A program made the translations under genes and the position numbers. From contig NC_058383.1 of assembly GCF_018350175.1 (NCBI RefSeq), positions 12,464,001 to 12,528,000 on the forward strand: a DNA stretch of 64,000 nucleotides. The letters run 5' to 3'. This document shows positions 12,302-25,239 of the stretch, one piece after another. Positions within the stretch are counted from its first letter, which is position 1. The number at the start of each line of letters is the position of its first letter. Under the pieces are notes generated by a model, which had not been told where the DNA came from, ran no database searches, and saw only the letters and a program-made list of their open reading frames with translations. This stretch comes from Felis catus (lineage: Eukaryota).

Positions 12302-13659
12302 CTCATCACCAGGGCTGGGGCAGCAAAAGACCCCGGTGTTCCTAATCAAGTGGGCGGTAGAAGGGTCCAGGGCCAAGGATCCCTACTGAGCTTCTAGCCT
12401 GGGAAGCTCACTCCGCCCGGGTCCTGTGCAGGTGGGGAAGAACTCAGCCAACCCATTCATTCGGTTGGCAGGATAGCGTGAAAAGAGGCAGCTGCGGAAA
12501 TTCAACCTCACACACACATTTATTAAGGTGATAGGGGTCAGGGGAAGAGGGAGGAAATTCAAAGGCATCATAAGGCAAAATTTGTCCTCGAGGGAACGGG
12601 GTACAGTAGGACTCACAAACACAGAATTACAATAAGCCTGAGTCTCACTGCATTCTGGGACCTAGAAATGTGCTAAAAATAGGGGGTGAGGGGCCATTAG
12701 CCCCAGTGGGCGCGAGAGGTGTAGGGGAAGACGTCCCTTGAAGGATGAGAACATTCCATCCCTGTGGCCTCAGCCTGCGTGAGAGGGGCTGGCAGGGGAT
12801 GGGTGTCAGGAGCAGACAGTTCCCTCCCCACCACACAAAGGTGGCAGGTGATTATTTTGTGTCCCCAGGCAGGAGATTTCTTTAACTTCCTTTTGGCGGA
12901 GACCAATAAATGTTATCGCAGTCCCTGCTGTAAAGTTGTGAAGTCCCTTTTAAAAACTCGGGCTCTTAATTCACCCCGTTGCCTACCAGGGACCAGGAAG
13001 TCTTCAAGCGGAGGAGGCGGGGCTTTTATCAGCACGGATCGTGTCCCTTGAGGGGTCTGTTCTTCCTTTGCATCTCCCTCCCCTCTCCCTCCTCCCCTGA
13101 AAGCTAGCCACAAAAGACACATGGGACCTTTGGAACGTGTTGGATGGTTTAATGGAGGTCTTTCTGCTTTTCCCCCGCCAGGCTTCCCCACACGCCCAGT
13201 CCCCGCCTCCCCCACCACCCCACCGGAAACACTGCCGGGGCAGCAGCCATTTCCCCTCCTTTTGGGGGGATTAATGGTAAATCCTGTCACTGGGCCTTTG
13301 ACCGGTCTTTAGCCACTCTTTGGGCCTTTTTACCAGACTGAGTCAAGAACTGACATGCTAGTTGATTCTGTGAAAGAGGCCGCATGACCCTCCTCTGCCT
13401 GTGCCCCCTGAAGAAGAAGGAAAAGACTCGAGGCTTTTGTTCCCTTGGTATTATTATTAAAATGAATACGTGGTGGGCTTTTTGGAAAACTCGAGATATT
13501 CCAGAAAGTAGCGAAAACAAAGTCTTTTGAAAAGAAAAACCTGGGGATCCCACAACTCAGAGACAATCGTAAACATTTTGGTACGGTTCTTGACGCACAT
13601 AATTTGCAATTTGTGACTTTCGCCCCGCTCTCGTCACCGACTTTTCATAAGCAGACGAT

Positions 13660-14045
13660 CATCTGTTGTGACAGAAAATACAACTCAAAGTACCTAAGCG
13701 GAAATGGGCGTTTATTGGCTCACGGAGCTGAAAGGGCAGGGAACAGCACGGGTCATACATGGTGGAACCCAAAGAGTCAAACTGTGTCCCTCAGACCTGA
13801 CTTCTCTCCACCTCTGCCCTGCTTCCCTGCATGACCTCCATCTCAGTTTGCCTTTCTTCTCATGACAGCAAAATGGCAGTCGGAAGTTCTAGAATAGTCT
13901 TCCTCGGCTCAGAGCAAGTTCGAGAAAAAGTCCACTATCATTAGATCTGGTTCAGTCCCCTGCTCACGTCTGAGCCGATCTGGGATGATATGATGCTCTG
14001 ATTGGTCAAGACTTTGTCACATGCCCACTCCCCGGAGCCAATAAG
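13660..14045 (-). mobile_element. Old MaLR LTR (MLT1K/L-like)
   Basis: 'gtgacagaaaatacaactcaaag...tttattggctcac' and 'tgctctgattggtcaagactttgtcacatgcccac'. Confidence 0.65.
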
Positions 14046-15399
14046 AGTACGTATGTAGAATGAAGCCGCGAAGGGGTCCTGCCAGATTCCATCTTGACCT
14101 GAAGTGGCCCCAGTCCGTGCAAATTGATTTGACCCCCGGGTTTCCGGAGGTGAGCTGGAAAAACTCAGCTTTTATGAAAGTCAACTAAATATGTGAAATA
14201 AAACCTGCTTTTCTTATCCGATCGTCTAGGCTACACAGAGGCGAAAGTCACTCGTTTCACTCGTTCAGCCAACACTTCATGAGCTGTTTATGTGCCAGAC
14301 ATTATTCTAGAAACTTGAGGCTACAGACTCTGAAACGAAGGATATACATCTGCTCTCTGATAGCTAAGCAAAGCTTCTGCCCTTAAAGAAATCGGAACTA
14401 GGTGCATTAGCCTTACGGAGATGGAATGTTCCTAGGTTAGAGCAAGATGTGGCAGTGAGCTACCTGACTTTATTAACTTATCCAGAGAACTATGTCAGTC
14501 AGAAGAGGGATGTGATCACAGAACATAGAGAAAAAAAAAGGAAAATGAGAGATTCATTTTGTCGGTGCCCATCATAGCTCCTCTGTTATCCTAGGAAGTC
14601 CACAGGAACACATGAATTGTTTGATTTCTCTGTGGACGGAGATGCATCAGAGCCTGATGATATTAAACATTCAAATCTGCCACCAAGGCCCTTTGCTCTG
14701 ATCTCTTATAATCCATGCAACCTTCTGACAATTTGGCTTTATATGCAGTTTTTTCTAGATGGAGAAAATGTGCAGATCAGCCCAACGTGAACGCCTGCTC
14801 CTCTTGTACATTGCACTTCCCGCTGTAAATTAGTGAATTGACGTTTTGATTTATATACATGAGATTCTTGTGAGCTGGGTTAATTTGCACCCTGAGAAAT
14901 TGGCCCACTTAATATGCGGAGAGAATCAAGCTTCCAAGCCCCCGAGGCTGAGGGTTGGATTCACGAAAGCGGTGCCATCCTGTAGAACTTCCCGATGACC
15001 AGCCAACCTGCTTAGCACAGTGCCTGGTACGTAGAAGTTGTCCAACAAATGCTTCTTGGCTTAAATGGGTTTGGACTGAATGGATCTGATTTAATTAACA
15101 TTGGGAGAGAGAGAGGCTCATGGACTTGCGAGGTCACCAGGAAAGGTCAGTTGGGGCTCTGTGAGTGAATGAGACCACCCAGAAATAACGGGACCATAAG
15201 GAGTTGGGGGGGGGGGCGATGCTGATGGCAATAATTCAGGGAACTACTGTAAGGAGAAGCCGGAAGGCCATCTGAAGGTCATTCAAGGAAGAACATTGAA
15301 GAGTAGGGCATTTGAAGGTCACTCAGAGAAGAAGCCTGAGTAGGGCTGAAGATAAGGTAATGAAATACCCCAAGTTCTCGTCTGTCCCCTCTGTCTGTG

Positions 15400-16400
15400 C
15401 TCTTTCCGTGGATTATGTATATCACTGGCTTTAAGGACTATTTATAGATATTATCTAATAATAATCCAAACTCCTACGTCCAAGTGACCATTAGCCATCT
15501 GTAGTGAGATATGTAATGGAGCTCCTTAATAGACTCGAAACAGAACTCTTGACTCTTCTCCTCTAAATCTTTTTTTCCCTTAGTGTCCTTGATGTTATAA
15601 ATGGCGCTCCAGATGTTCAAGCTGAATATCAAGGCATCCCCCACAATCTGACCACGTGCTTCACGCACCTTCTCCCCTACATCAAATCTGTCACTACTTC
15701 TTGTGCCCGTCTCTCAAAAATAGGTCTCAAATTCATAAACTGCCCTCCACCTCCACTGCTGTTAGTCAAGCCACCAGTATTTCTTGCATACAGGTGATCT
15801 TCCTGATTGTATCTTTGGTGCCTCTGTTCCTTAAAAGCACACCTTGGTTCGTATCACTCCCCTGCCTAGAAACATTTAATGGCTTTTCCATTGAAACTAA
15901 GATAAGGGGTGCCTGGGTGGCCCAGTCGGTTAAGCGTCCGACTTCGGCTCAGGTCACGATCTCAAGGTTCGTGAGCTCGAGCCCCGCGTCGGGCTCTGCT
16001 CTGACAACCGGCTGGAGCCTGCTTCTGATTCCGCGTCTCTCTCTCTCTCTCTCTCTCTGCCCCTCCCCTGCTGGCACTCTGTCTCCCTCTCTCTCAAAAA
16101 TAAATAAACGTTAAAAATTTTTAAAAAGAAGAGAAAAGAAAGAAACTAAGATAAAACACAAAATCCTCGTCATGGCCTAAAAGTTACACGTGAACTAGTC
16201 CTGATATTAAATTCCCCAGCTCCACTTACAGCCACACTGTAACACATCACCTTATTCCATGCTTCCCATGACGCTCTCTGGCTAAGCTGCTAGTTGCCCT
16301 CTTTCCACTACCCACTCCCACCACTGTGTCTTCCAGAATCTATAAGACTACCTGGCGTTTACTGGATGCTTGGTTAATATTCATTCGATAGAAGATGACT
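15400..16400 (-). mobile_element. L2 remnant interrupted by a SINE
   Basis: L2-like 'tcactcccctgcctagaaacatttaatggcttttccattgaaactaagataaaa...aaaatcctcgtcatggcct'. Confidence 0.6.
15906..16141 (+). mobile_element. SINEC_Fc-family SINE
   Basis: Full head, (CT)n and A tail. TSD 'gaaactaagataa' at 15893-15905 and 16142-16154. Confidence 0.95.
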
Positions 16401-16405
16401 GAGTA

Positions 16406-16604
16406 GGCACACCGAGGTGGCTCAGTCAGTTGAGTATCTGACTCTTGACTTTGGCTCAGATCGTGAGTGATCTCACGGTTCGTGAGTTCGAGCCCCGCGT
16501 CTGGCTCTGCACTGACAGCACAGGGCCTGCTTGGGATTCTCTCTCCACACCCCACTTCTCTCTGCCCTTTCCCCGCTCGCTTTTTCTCTCTCCCGATAAA
16601 TAAC
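16406..16604 (+). mobile_element. SINEC (Fc2-like); its tail is interrupted by a second SINE
   Basis: SINEC head and body. The tail resumes at ~16825. Confidence 0.9.
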
Positions 16605-16823
16605 GTTTTTTTTTCAACGTTTATTTATTTATTTTTGGGACAGAGAGAGACAGAGCATGAACGGGGGAGGGGCAGAGAGAGAGAGGGGGACACAGAATCG
16701 GAAACAGGCTCCAGGCTCTGAGCCATCAGCCCAGAGCCCGACGCGGGGCTCGAACTCACGGAGCGCGAGATCGTGACCTGGCTGAAGTCGGACGCTTAAC
16801 CGACTGCGCCATCCAGGCGCCCC
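16605..16823 (-). mobile_element. Young SINEC_Fc, antisense, nested in the tail of the previous SINE
   Basis: CpG-rich, near-consensus. TSD 'cgataaataac' at 16594-16604 and 16825-16835. Confidence 0.95.
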
Positions 16824-18008
16824 TCGATAAATAACATTTTTAAAAAAGACGAATGAATAGAAGGTAAGGATCTAAAAGGAAACTCTAGGAGAGGAGGAGT
16901 TGGCAAGCAGCCTGCCCCCATTCCGCCACAATATATATTTTCTCCACCAAGGATCCCCGTTTTAAAATCTGGTTCCATTTGCAGTATTTTATTTTGCACT
17001 CGACGACCCGAATACTTGATCTGCGGTTCTTCTTGACAGCCCCAGGAGTCATGCCAAAAAGATTAAAAATCCACCCATCCTGCCGAACTACCAGAAAGAT
17101 GATTTTTTTGTGCATGCAAACCCAATATTTACGCTGGAATACCGAAACGTGATTCTGGAAGAAAAAAAAAAAAAAGTCACCAGAAGATACAATTCATTGC
17201 AATCTAGTCCCGCTTTCTATTTTTCACCTTGAGCGGACAACTTGAACTGTCTGAGCCTTAATATCCCAGCTGTAAAGTAGGCGTACCAATACTAGCCTCT
17301 TCTTACTTACCAGGTCTGGTTTAACTCATAAAATGGGAAAAATATATAACCATGGCTTCAGGTTAGAGATTTTAGAGTTTATAGAGCTCGTGAATTTTTT
17401 GATAGCTTTGGAGAAAAGAGTGAATTATTATTTTTACGGCCATAATTCAGAGACAGTTCATCACGTTATATAACTTTGAAAAGAATTGTTTTTTAACCAG
17501 AGGAAGAACATGTTTACATTATGGACTGTTGCGCTAGTAATGGGATCCGTCGCCACAGCATCAATGAAAAGGAAGACACTAGAAGGAGAGAAATGGGAAA
17601 TCGATTTATCTACTTTTCCAACCCAACATTTATATGCTGACACCGAGCGCTGGTGGTTATTGAGTCAAGTATCAGATGTTTATGCAATGTCTCAAACGCT
17701 ACAGGCTGCCAAGGTTTTCTTCTGCAAATTCCAATTGCCTGACTTAAGTTCCAAGTAGGATTTCTTTCTTCTACACATCCAGGGTATTGCATTGAATATT
17801 TTCCACCTGCGTTTAGTAGGGGGAGCTAAATGACCTCAGAGTTATGTAAGTTAGAATTGGTTATTGCTGCAAATAACAACAACAAAAACAACAACAATTG
17901 ACTAACTCGCTCAGAAACATTGGGGTTTGTCTCTTCTAATAAGACATCTAGGAGAGGGCAGTCAGGCTAAACCCATCTGATAACTGGATGATGCCATCAG
18001 CGATCCAG

Positions 18009-18663
18009 CAATGGTGCGCTCTTTTTCTTTTTTTTTTTAAGTTTATTTATTTGTTTGAGACAGAGAGAGACAGAGCATGAACGGGGGAGGGGCAGAGAGA
18101 GAGAAAGACACAGAATCCGAAACAGGCTCCAGGCTCCGAGCTGTCAGCACAGAGCCTGACGTGGGGCTCGAACTCACGGACCGTGAGATCATGACCCCAG
18201 CCGAAGTCGGACGCTCAACCGACTGAGCCACCCACGCGCCCCAATGGTGCGCTCTTAAATACTTAATCACCATTCTGCAATTCGACCTAATTTGCATGTT
18301 TGTCAATTTCCGTTGCGGGCCTACTTCCGCCACCTTTGATTTGAAGCTACCAACGTGACAGAACCGAATGCAGACTTCCAAAGAGATACTCAGTCGCATG
18401 CCATCATAAAGTATTTCCATCATACATTTAATAGATGTAAATAATCTCCAGAGTATAATTAGATGATGGTGACGCATAATAGAAGAATGAGGAAATTACG
18501 AGTTTGGTCACTATCCTCTAAAATAATTTATCTTATTTTATTGTGAGTATATATAAGGCCATTTTTAGCAATGGCTGTGCTTGAACAACAGGTTTGCAAA
18601 ACCCCTGGAAATTGAACCGTCAACTCTTGCAAACTGATGCAAGGCATGTCCAACACACCACTG
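18009..18663 (-). mobile_element. hAT-Blackjack MER63-like DNA transposon relic
   Basis: Ends in 'ccaacacaccactg', the reverse complement of the cagtggtgtg terminus. Internal 'aagctaccaacgtgaca' and 'aatagatgtaaataa' match the recalled MER63. Confidence 0.75.
18021..18242 (-). mobile_element. SINEC_Fc inserted in the terminus of the MER63-like element
   Basis: TSD 'aatggtgcgctctt' at 18010-18023 and 18243-18256. Confidence 0.95.
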
Positions 18664-20194
18664 AATGCACGGGTTGTTCACGTTCTTTTGCTCTGCCGTC
18701 TTCAGTGTGTAGACAGACCTTCACCTCCATGCTTGGTGCCCCATGGTCACAAAATGGCTGCTGACCTTCTAAGCCTCGCATGTGCATTCCAGGCAGGAGG
18801 GAGAGAAGGGGGTAAAAAGCTTAAGTGGCATGCCAGTTCTTAAAAAAGTACTTCCCAAAGCCCTACCGACCGGCTTCCGGTTACAACTCATTGACCAGAA
18901 CTGTGTCAAATATGCCTCGATGAGTGACGGCTAGTCAGAAAGCATTCATGGGTGAAGGCTGGGTTGGCCAACCAAACGAGTCTCCCATGAGCATAAAAAT
19001 ATATTTCTAGAACCCCAGCGTTCAAGAGACTATGCCATGCTCAGCACAACGATGCAGAGATGAAAATAGAGTGGTTCAAGACTCGGTGCCTGCCCTCGAA
19101 GGTTCTTGGAAGATAAGACATGCACGCACGGAACTATAGGCAACAACTGCAGATGAATTCTCCTTTAACAGCACGGCAAGAGCCGGGCATTGGTGCAGGA
19201 GCTAAGGACCTCTGGACTTGGAGGCAGGCGTCACTCTGGACTGGGTGGCCCATTTCCACCGAAGGGCTCATCATTGCAGAAAGAGGACTCAGGTCAAACA
19301 AGTAACAGCCGCCAGGTTTATAAATTCTGCTTAATTTGAACGATTCGTCAGTGTACATGGATATGGCCTTTGTACACTGCTCTATTTCAGTTATTTTAGC
19401 TAATTGCATAGGAGACTTAAATTCGCGTTGAAATACACGGACCAAAATTAAATTACTCTCTCTGCAATGACCTACCTGCTTTTTCTAGGTAACGGATAAT
19501 TATCATTTTCCTAAGCTCAGTCCAAACTCTTCAAAGCCCTCCGGAATCACGTTACTGGCAGCGAGTGGTTTTTCAAGTGCTCCATTTTTTAAAAACACTA
19601 TCTGCCTACCCAAGAAAGGATACCACTGAAACGCTTTAAAGCGCCATGTGACACTTGAAACGATGATACATCATCTAAATGATGGTGATAATACTCGTTG
19701 GAGTATTATTGTCATTTCTCTGGAAATTTCCATCCTCGCCAAGGTTGAATTACGTCATGCCTGCGTGTCTTCCAACGTTCCAAGCTTCCCCCTGCACCCG
19801 GACAGCGCGAGGGACCCTCACTCTTACCGGGAATGGGTTTCACCTAAGCGAACAAGAATGAAGGTTGCTCTCGGTTGCTGTGCTATACAAGTCTTCGGGG
19901 CTGTGGAATCAGGCAATCAATTTTACCTGATGTAAAGGTCATTCTCTTACTGCCTTTTAGTTTTGCCCTTTTAGCTCTGTGCGGGTCACCATTGAATTCC
20001 TGCCTTAAAAAAATTTTTTTTAGCATAATGGCCTGTCTGAAACAGTGATGGGTCTGGAAAGTTCAGAGAAATTCTTGCTACAAGGTCCTTCAGGACCTGG
20101 GATAGACAAATAGGAGCATCCTCCTCTCGCATCCGGAAACCTTTCTCTTCTCCCCATTGCCCTGTGTCTTCCCCCATATAACTCGCGTTGCCCC

Positions 20195-20612
20195 AGCCAA
20201 GAATAATATGTTCATCAGCTCTTGGCATAATAAGCCTACAAAACTAACTTCCCTGAAACACATTGCCTTCCAGAAGCAAGCATTTCTTTTCCTAACTCCC
20301 AAATCTGTGCAGTTTCTGGGATGGCCCAGCATGTGGGCCAGCCTAGCTTGGACGCAGACTTCTGGCGAGGTTCAGGTCTGCCCGCGTGGCTCCACCTGTC
20401 TTTGGACAACAAGCTTCCCGGGCCATTGGTCTTTTCGTGACCGGCTTCAGGAGGGCAAAAGGCAAAGAGAAACACACAAGGCGTCCTGAAGGCTCAGCCT
20501 AGGGCCCACCATGGCCAAATGTGTTCGGTTTCCCATTGGCCAAACCCAATGTCAGTGGGAGGGAAATATACTACCCTCACTGCGGTGGAAAGTAAGTAAA
20601 GTCACTTTAAGA
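20195..20612 (-). mobile_element. Old MaLR LTR (MLT1) fragment
   Basis: 'aaacacacaaggcgtcctgaaggctcag...cccattggccaaacccaatgtcagtgggagggaaatatactaccctcac'. It appears to resume at ~21265. Confidence 0.6.
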
Positions 20613-20614
20613 AG

Positions 20615-21262
20615 CAAAACCAAAAAAAAACAAACCAAAAAACAAACCAAAAAAAAAAAAACCCCAAACAAGCAAACAAACAAAATCCAATGAACAAACA
20701 AAGAGAAAAAGAGACACAAACTAAAGAAAAGACTCGTAAATAGAACAAACTGGCGGTTGTCTGATGGGAGGTGGGGGGTGAGAGGGATGCGTGAAATGGT
20801 TTAAGGGGATGACGAGGTAGAAACTTCCAGGTACAAAATAAATAAGTCACAAAGACAAAAAGTACAGCATAGAGAATATAGTTAATAAGACTGGAATACG
20901 GCTCTTTGATGGCAGATGGTAATCACATTTATTGCAGTGAGCGCTGAGTCACGCATAGAATTGTTGAATCATTAGGGGCGCCTGGGTGGCTCAGTGGGTT
21001 AAGCATCAGACGCTTAATCCCAGCTCAGGTCGTGATTTTGCGGGTTCGTGAGTTCGAGCCCCACGTTGGGCTCTGCACTGACAGTACAGAGCCTGCTTGG
21101 GATTCTCTCTCTCCCTCTCTTTCTGTGCCCTTCCCATGTTCATGCTCTCTCTCTCTCTCTCAAAAATAAAATAGGTAAACATTTTTAAAAAGAATTGTTA
21201 ATCACTATGTTTTATACCTGACACGTAACCCTGTATGTTAACTATATTTCATTAAAATCAAT
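20615..21262 (+). mobile_element. L1 3' end (carnivore/L1MA-like) containing a SINE
   Basis: L1 3'UTR 'aaacttccaggtacaaaataaataagtcacaaagacaaaaagtacagcatagagaatatagttaataa'. Confidence 0.85.
20975..21190 (+). mobile_element. SINEC (Fc2-like)
   Basis: Full element, TSD ~'agaattgtt(g)aatca(t/c)ta'. Confidence 0.95.
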
Positions 21263-21294
21263 ATAAAGTCACTCGGCAAAGGGTGTGAATGAAT

Positions 21295-21655
21295 ACAGAG
21301 GACGCTTGAACAGCTTGAACAGCTGTGCACCCCCACCCCTTGCACAGACAAAAACCCCCCTATAATTTTTGACACTTCTAGAACCTGACTACTGATAGCC
21401 AACTGTTGACCCAAAGCCTTACTGATAACATAAACAGCGAGTGAACACGTATTTTGTATGTTCTCTGTGTTATATACCGTGTTGTTACCGCAAAGTCAGC
21501 TAGAGAGAAGAAAATGTTATAAGAAAATCATAAGGAAGAGAGAGAGAGAGAAAAAAAAAAAAAGTATACAGCTGTACCGTATTTATCAGAAAAGGTCCGC
21601 ACGTCCGTTCACCCGGGAGTTCGATCCGCATCGTGCTGTTGAAGGGTCCGCCGTC
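21295..21655 (-). mobile_element. Tigger2a-like DNA transposon relic
   Basis: 'aactgttgacccaaagccttactgataacataaacag...agctagagagaagaaaatgttataagaaaatcataaggaagag' and terminus 'tgttgaagggtccgccg'. Confidence 0.8.
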
Positions 21656-22112
21656 ATTCTCATTCAGAGAGGACTTGAATTGTGACTAGTGATCTCGTAG
21701 CTCACAGACAGCCTTCCCCTTTTAGCATCATCTGCTTCCCCACGAGCAATTCACAAGGGATAGTTTTGCAAAGAAGCTTTTCTGGGGACTGACTGTTCTC
21801 TTGTCCACGAGTGCACATTGAATGCCCATAAAACATCCCACTAGTCACCAGGGTGGGGGGGGGGTGGCGAAGACAGGGGCGCTGTTCTAAAGAAAAACTC
21901 AGTAATGGGAACAACTGGCAAAACCACACTTGGCTCGGTTGGCTGGCAATGGGAAGTAATGCGTGATTACGAGCCAGAACGCGACCCGCTAGGCAGGATG
22001 TTGAGAGACACAAGGCATTTTCAAAAGGAGAGGCACATCTGAAGGAGGAAAGGTTCTATATGGGAACAAGCATTGCCTCCAAGCATTGCCTCCAAAAAGT
22101 CATCCTAACTTT

Positions 22113-22229
22113 TTGCAAGTCTTATCTGTTTATGTATTTAGTAATCTCTACACCCAACGCGGTGCTCGAACTCATGACCCGGAGATCAAGAGCCGCATGT
22201 TCTTCTGACTGAGCCAGCCAGGCGCCCCC
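22113..22229 (-). mobile_element. Short, old Can-SINE
   Basis: 'ctcgaactcatgacccggagatcaagagccgcatg...actgagccagccaggcgcccc'. TSD ~'ca(t/c)cctaactttt'. Confidence 0.9.
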
Positions 22230-22989
22230 TCACCCTAACTTTTATAAGCTGAAGCGTGAATGGGCAGTAGGCTGGTTGTATTTCAGCCCTGTTTTTCTAT
22301 CCCGAATTTCTGTCTTTCCATGATTTGATTTGTTCATAATAATAATAATAGCATGCCACAAATGAGGGTTTTCTTCACAATGCATTTGTAATGCAAACAT
22401 TCACCGCCGCCGAGCAATCAATCTGTCTTATAGATTCAGGTTTCCATCTTTAAGAGCAGAAATACATTCCCTACAGAGACAAGTATCCGTGTCCGAAGAA
22501 ATATCACCCAAGGAAACAGTAACTGGGGGATTTCATTCCGGGCAAGAGGAGACCTGGACCGCTCAGTTCTGTGGTCTCCTGGCGGGTTGCTGGACGTGTT
22601 TTATCCATTTCGAGTGAAAGCTGGAGGAGCAGGCATTTTAGCTCTGAACTGGGCTGGCTCTCGTTTCTAAGTTTTGCATCCCGGATCCAGGAACTCTGGC
22701 CATTGGTCCGAATTGGATTCTGAGAACTAGATTAGATGTTCACTGAGCCTTCCCTTGTTTTACAGATGCTGGACGAGGAGCCCAGGGGCGTTATTCAAAT
22801 AGCATTGAATAAGATTGGGACTGAAATCCAGGTCTCCCGATTTCCCGGTTGAGGGCAAGTTTCTGCCAGTCACCTCCTGGGTCCTTCTCGGGCTCCTAGA
22901 GCGTTTCCTGTCAGCCTCGGTGAAATCAACTTCTCAGAACCAGCCTAGGAACCTTGACTTCAGATAGAACTTGTTTCCTGTCGTAACTC

Positions 22990-23160
22990 CCGCTTATTTG
23001 CTGGGTGTCCTTGGGCAAATCGCCTGGCCTCTCTGTGCTCCTCTTTCCTTCTCTGCAAAATGAGGCTAATGCTACCTAACATGCAGTGTCATTGGAGGAG
23101 TAGATGAAACAATGCGTTGCACAGAGCCTGACAGAGCAATAAAGAGTCGTAACAATTAAG
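22990..23160. mobile_element. MIR fragment
   Basis: 'gtgtccttgggcaaatcgcctggcctctctgtgctcctctttccttctctgcaaaatgagg'. Confidence 0.75.
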
Positions 23161-25222
23161 CGACAAGGGACCGAGGCCTGTCGGGGGCGGGGGGGGGGGG
23201 GGGGGGGGTACGTGTGCACAGAGCACTTGGTGAAGGGCTGCGGCATGATCTTGCCTGAGACCCGGCTGGGCTCCTGGAGGTTGTCTGCCCTGGGACAGCA
23301 GGACTCAGTCTGCTCAGTGAGAGAAGATACGGGCAGCTCCCGGCCCTGACAGACACCATGTTTGGGGACTTGGAGAAAGGGGACAATAATTCCCCTGCAG
23401 CACACCCTCGCCCACCCTGCTCAGGCTGTTGTCGTTAATATAATGACTCAGACTTGGATACGTGTACTACTTGGAGTGGAATGCGGAGAGTGGTAATGGA
23501 TCTTGAGATTCAGAGATTCCCCTGAGGAATGGGGAGAGAGATTTCCCAAAAGGTAAATGGAGCTGTGTGCCCCGTGGAGCCTGGAAGAATAAGACGCCTG
23601 CTAGAAAGGACCCGGCAGGCGGGGCACCGCTGGGGAAGGAGAGTGGGCCGTCAGGACCCTGCAAGCAGCCTGGTGGGCAGTGGGAAAACTATCCTGGACA
23701 GTCCGTTTCCTTCTCCAGCGTCTCCTGCATTATTCCCGAATCCAAGCGGCCGATCCGATCCAAGCTTGCGGGGTAATACGATGGAGAACAAAATGTCAGG
23801 AGAATGACAAGAAGCAAAAACTGCCTGAATCGTCCTGGAGGTAAACCGTGCGCTCTACCCACACACCCTCCTCCCAAGGGTAAATATGAGGTATGAGAGT
23901 TAGCGCTGCTGAAATCCAGAAGGCAGGAAACTATGTTCCCCGGTCTCGTGGTTTGAGAAGGTCTTCTTTTGCCCGATGGAGTCCGTCCTCCATATGACTG
24001 CAGAACCCTACTGGCGCCTGTCCTTTGCCCCCTCTTTTCAAATGACACCATATGTCCCACCGGAAATAAGGAAGAACGCTCTGTTCAGTCCTGTCCGTAC
24101 CTCTCCACGACTACACAAAGAACGGAGGGAAGCCTGGAATTACCACCTGTTAGGATAGCGCAACTCTGTCTTAAGGGAGAGTTGCTATAACCTTATTAAG
24201 CCTCAGTTTCCCCAGCTGTAAAGTGGACATGATAGCTCCTACTCTTATGTTGTCACAGGGCTTAATTACGTGAGCAGTTCTGGCTTTGCTGACAAACCTG
24301 TGTACCTGCCACATGGGGGGGGGGGGGTTAATGCTAGTTTCCCTCTTCCACATCTTAGTTAACGCCCACCAAGGTCAACTCTCTCAGTCTACCTATAAAG
24401 AATGAGTGCTTCCAACAGCACTATGACAGAAGCTCAAAGCTGGGGGGCCCCAAGGAAAGATTTGTCCGAAAGTACCTAGTGGAGGCTCTTCAGAAAGGAT
24501 ACTTGGCCAGGACACCGTTTGTAGGAATAAGGCACAGTGTTATTTCCAGAAAGAAAAAGTCACTGACTGGAAAACCAAAGTGGTTGGACGTTGTTCAAGT
24601 TCCCCCAAACTGGGTTGGTTTCTACCAAGGTGCGGAGCCCTCGGCAGACATCTATTGTGAGGGATGGATTAAAACAGACTAAAGGAGGCCTTAAAGGAAA
24701 AGCAGCCCCAAAGTAGTTTCCAGAAGGGGGTAAGCAGCCTTACCACCAGGGCTCAGAGACAGGGACGGCTCCCTGAGGGTCGAGGGGGCTAATGGAAGGA
24801 CAGCGTGTGCCCCAGGCTCTGGAGCTCTTTTTAAGAAACTGTTTGCAGAGTGACCTTGGTATCTCCAACTTTACTGAGCCCTGACCGCATGCCAGTAGGC
24901 TGGGAGGCTCAGGCCATGACTTCACCCCAGGCCGGGCAGCACTGCCACGGCGGGCAGGTGGCTCCAAACTCTGGGGATTCAGCCTTCAGGCGTCTGTTTT
25001 CTGGAACTACTCCCGGTGGGCTCTCCTGTGGGCCTCAGCACGTTGTCCTCTCTGTGGGTCTCCGGAGGTTGTCGGAACACAAGCTGGTCCTCCTTGGCTG
25101 CTGAGCCCAGGAAAGGAAGGAGCAGAGGAGTTATGGACGTGGCTTTGAGGGTTTTTTTCATCATCTGAGGGTTCAATATTTAGAGCAATATTGATTCGAT
25201 TTATCTAGTGTTGTAACGTTCC

Positions 25223-25239
25223 ATTGGTTGCTAGGCAAC
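25223..25239. promoter_or_regulatory. RFX X-box (GTTGCTAGGCAAC) overlapping an inverted CCAAT box
   Basis: 25227-25239 gttgctaggcaac has two strong half-sites (GTTGC/GCAAC). ATTGG at 25223-25227. Lies in repeat-poor unique DNA. Motif only, function not shown. Confidence 0.55.

Larger units (their letters stand above)
17840..18910 (-). mobile_element. Old MLT1 LTR split by a MER63-like hAT element
   Basis: MLT1 terminus 'tatgtaagttagaattggttattgctgcaaataacaac'. Resumes after 18663 with 'atggtcacaaaatggctgctg...tcattgaccagaactgtgtca'. Confidence 0.6.

Noticed and set aside
22067..22094. 13-bp tandem duplication caagcattgcctc
   Set aside because: An ordinary slippage duplication with no further structure.
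24979..25176. 65-aa ORF just downstream of the X-box on the - strand
   Set aside because: No recognisable homology, and the length is expected by chance.
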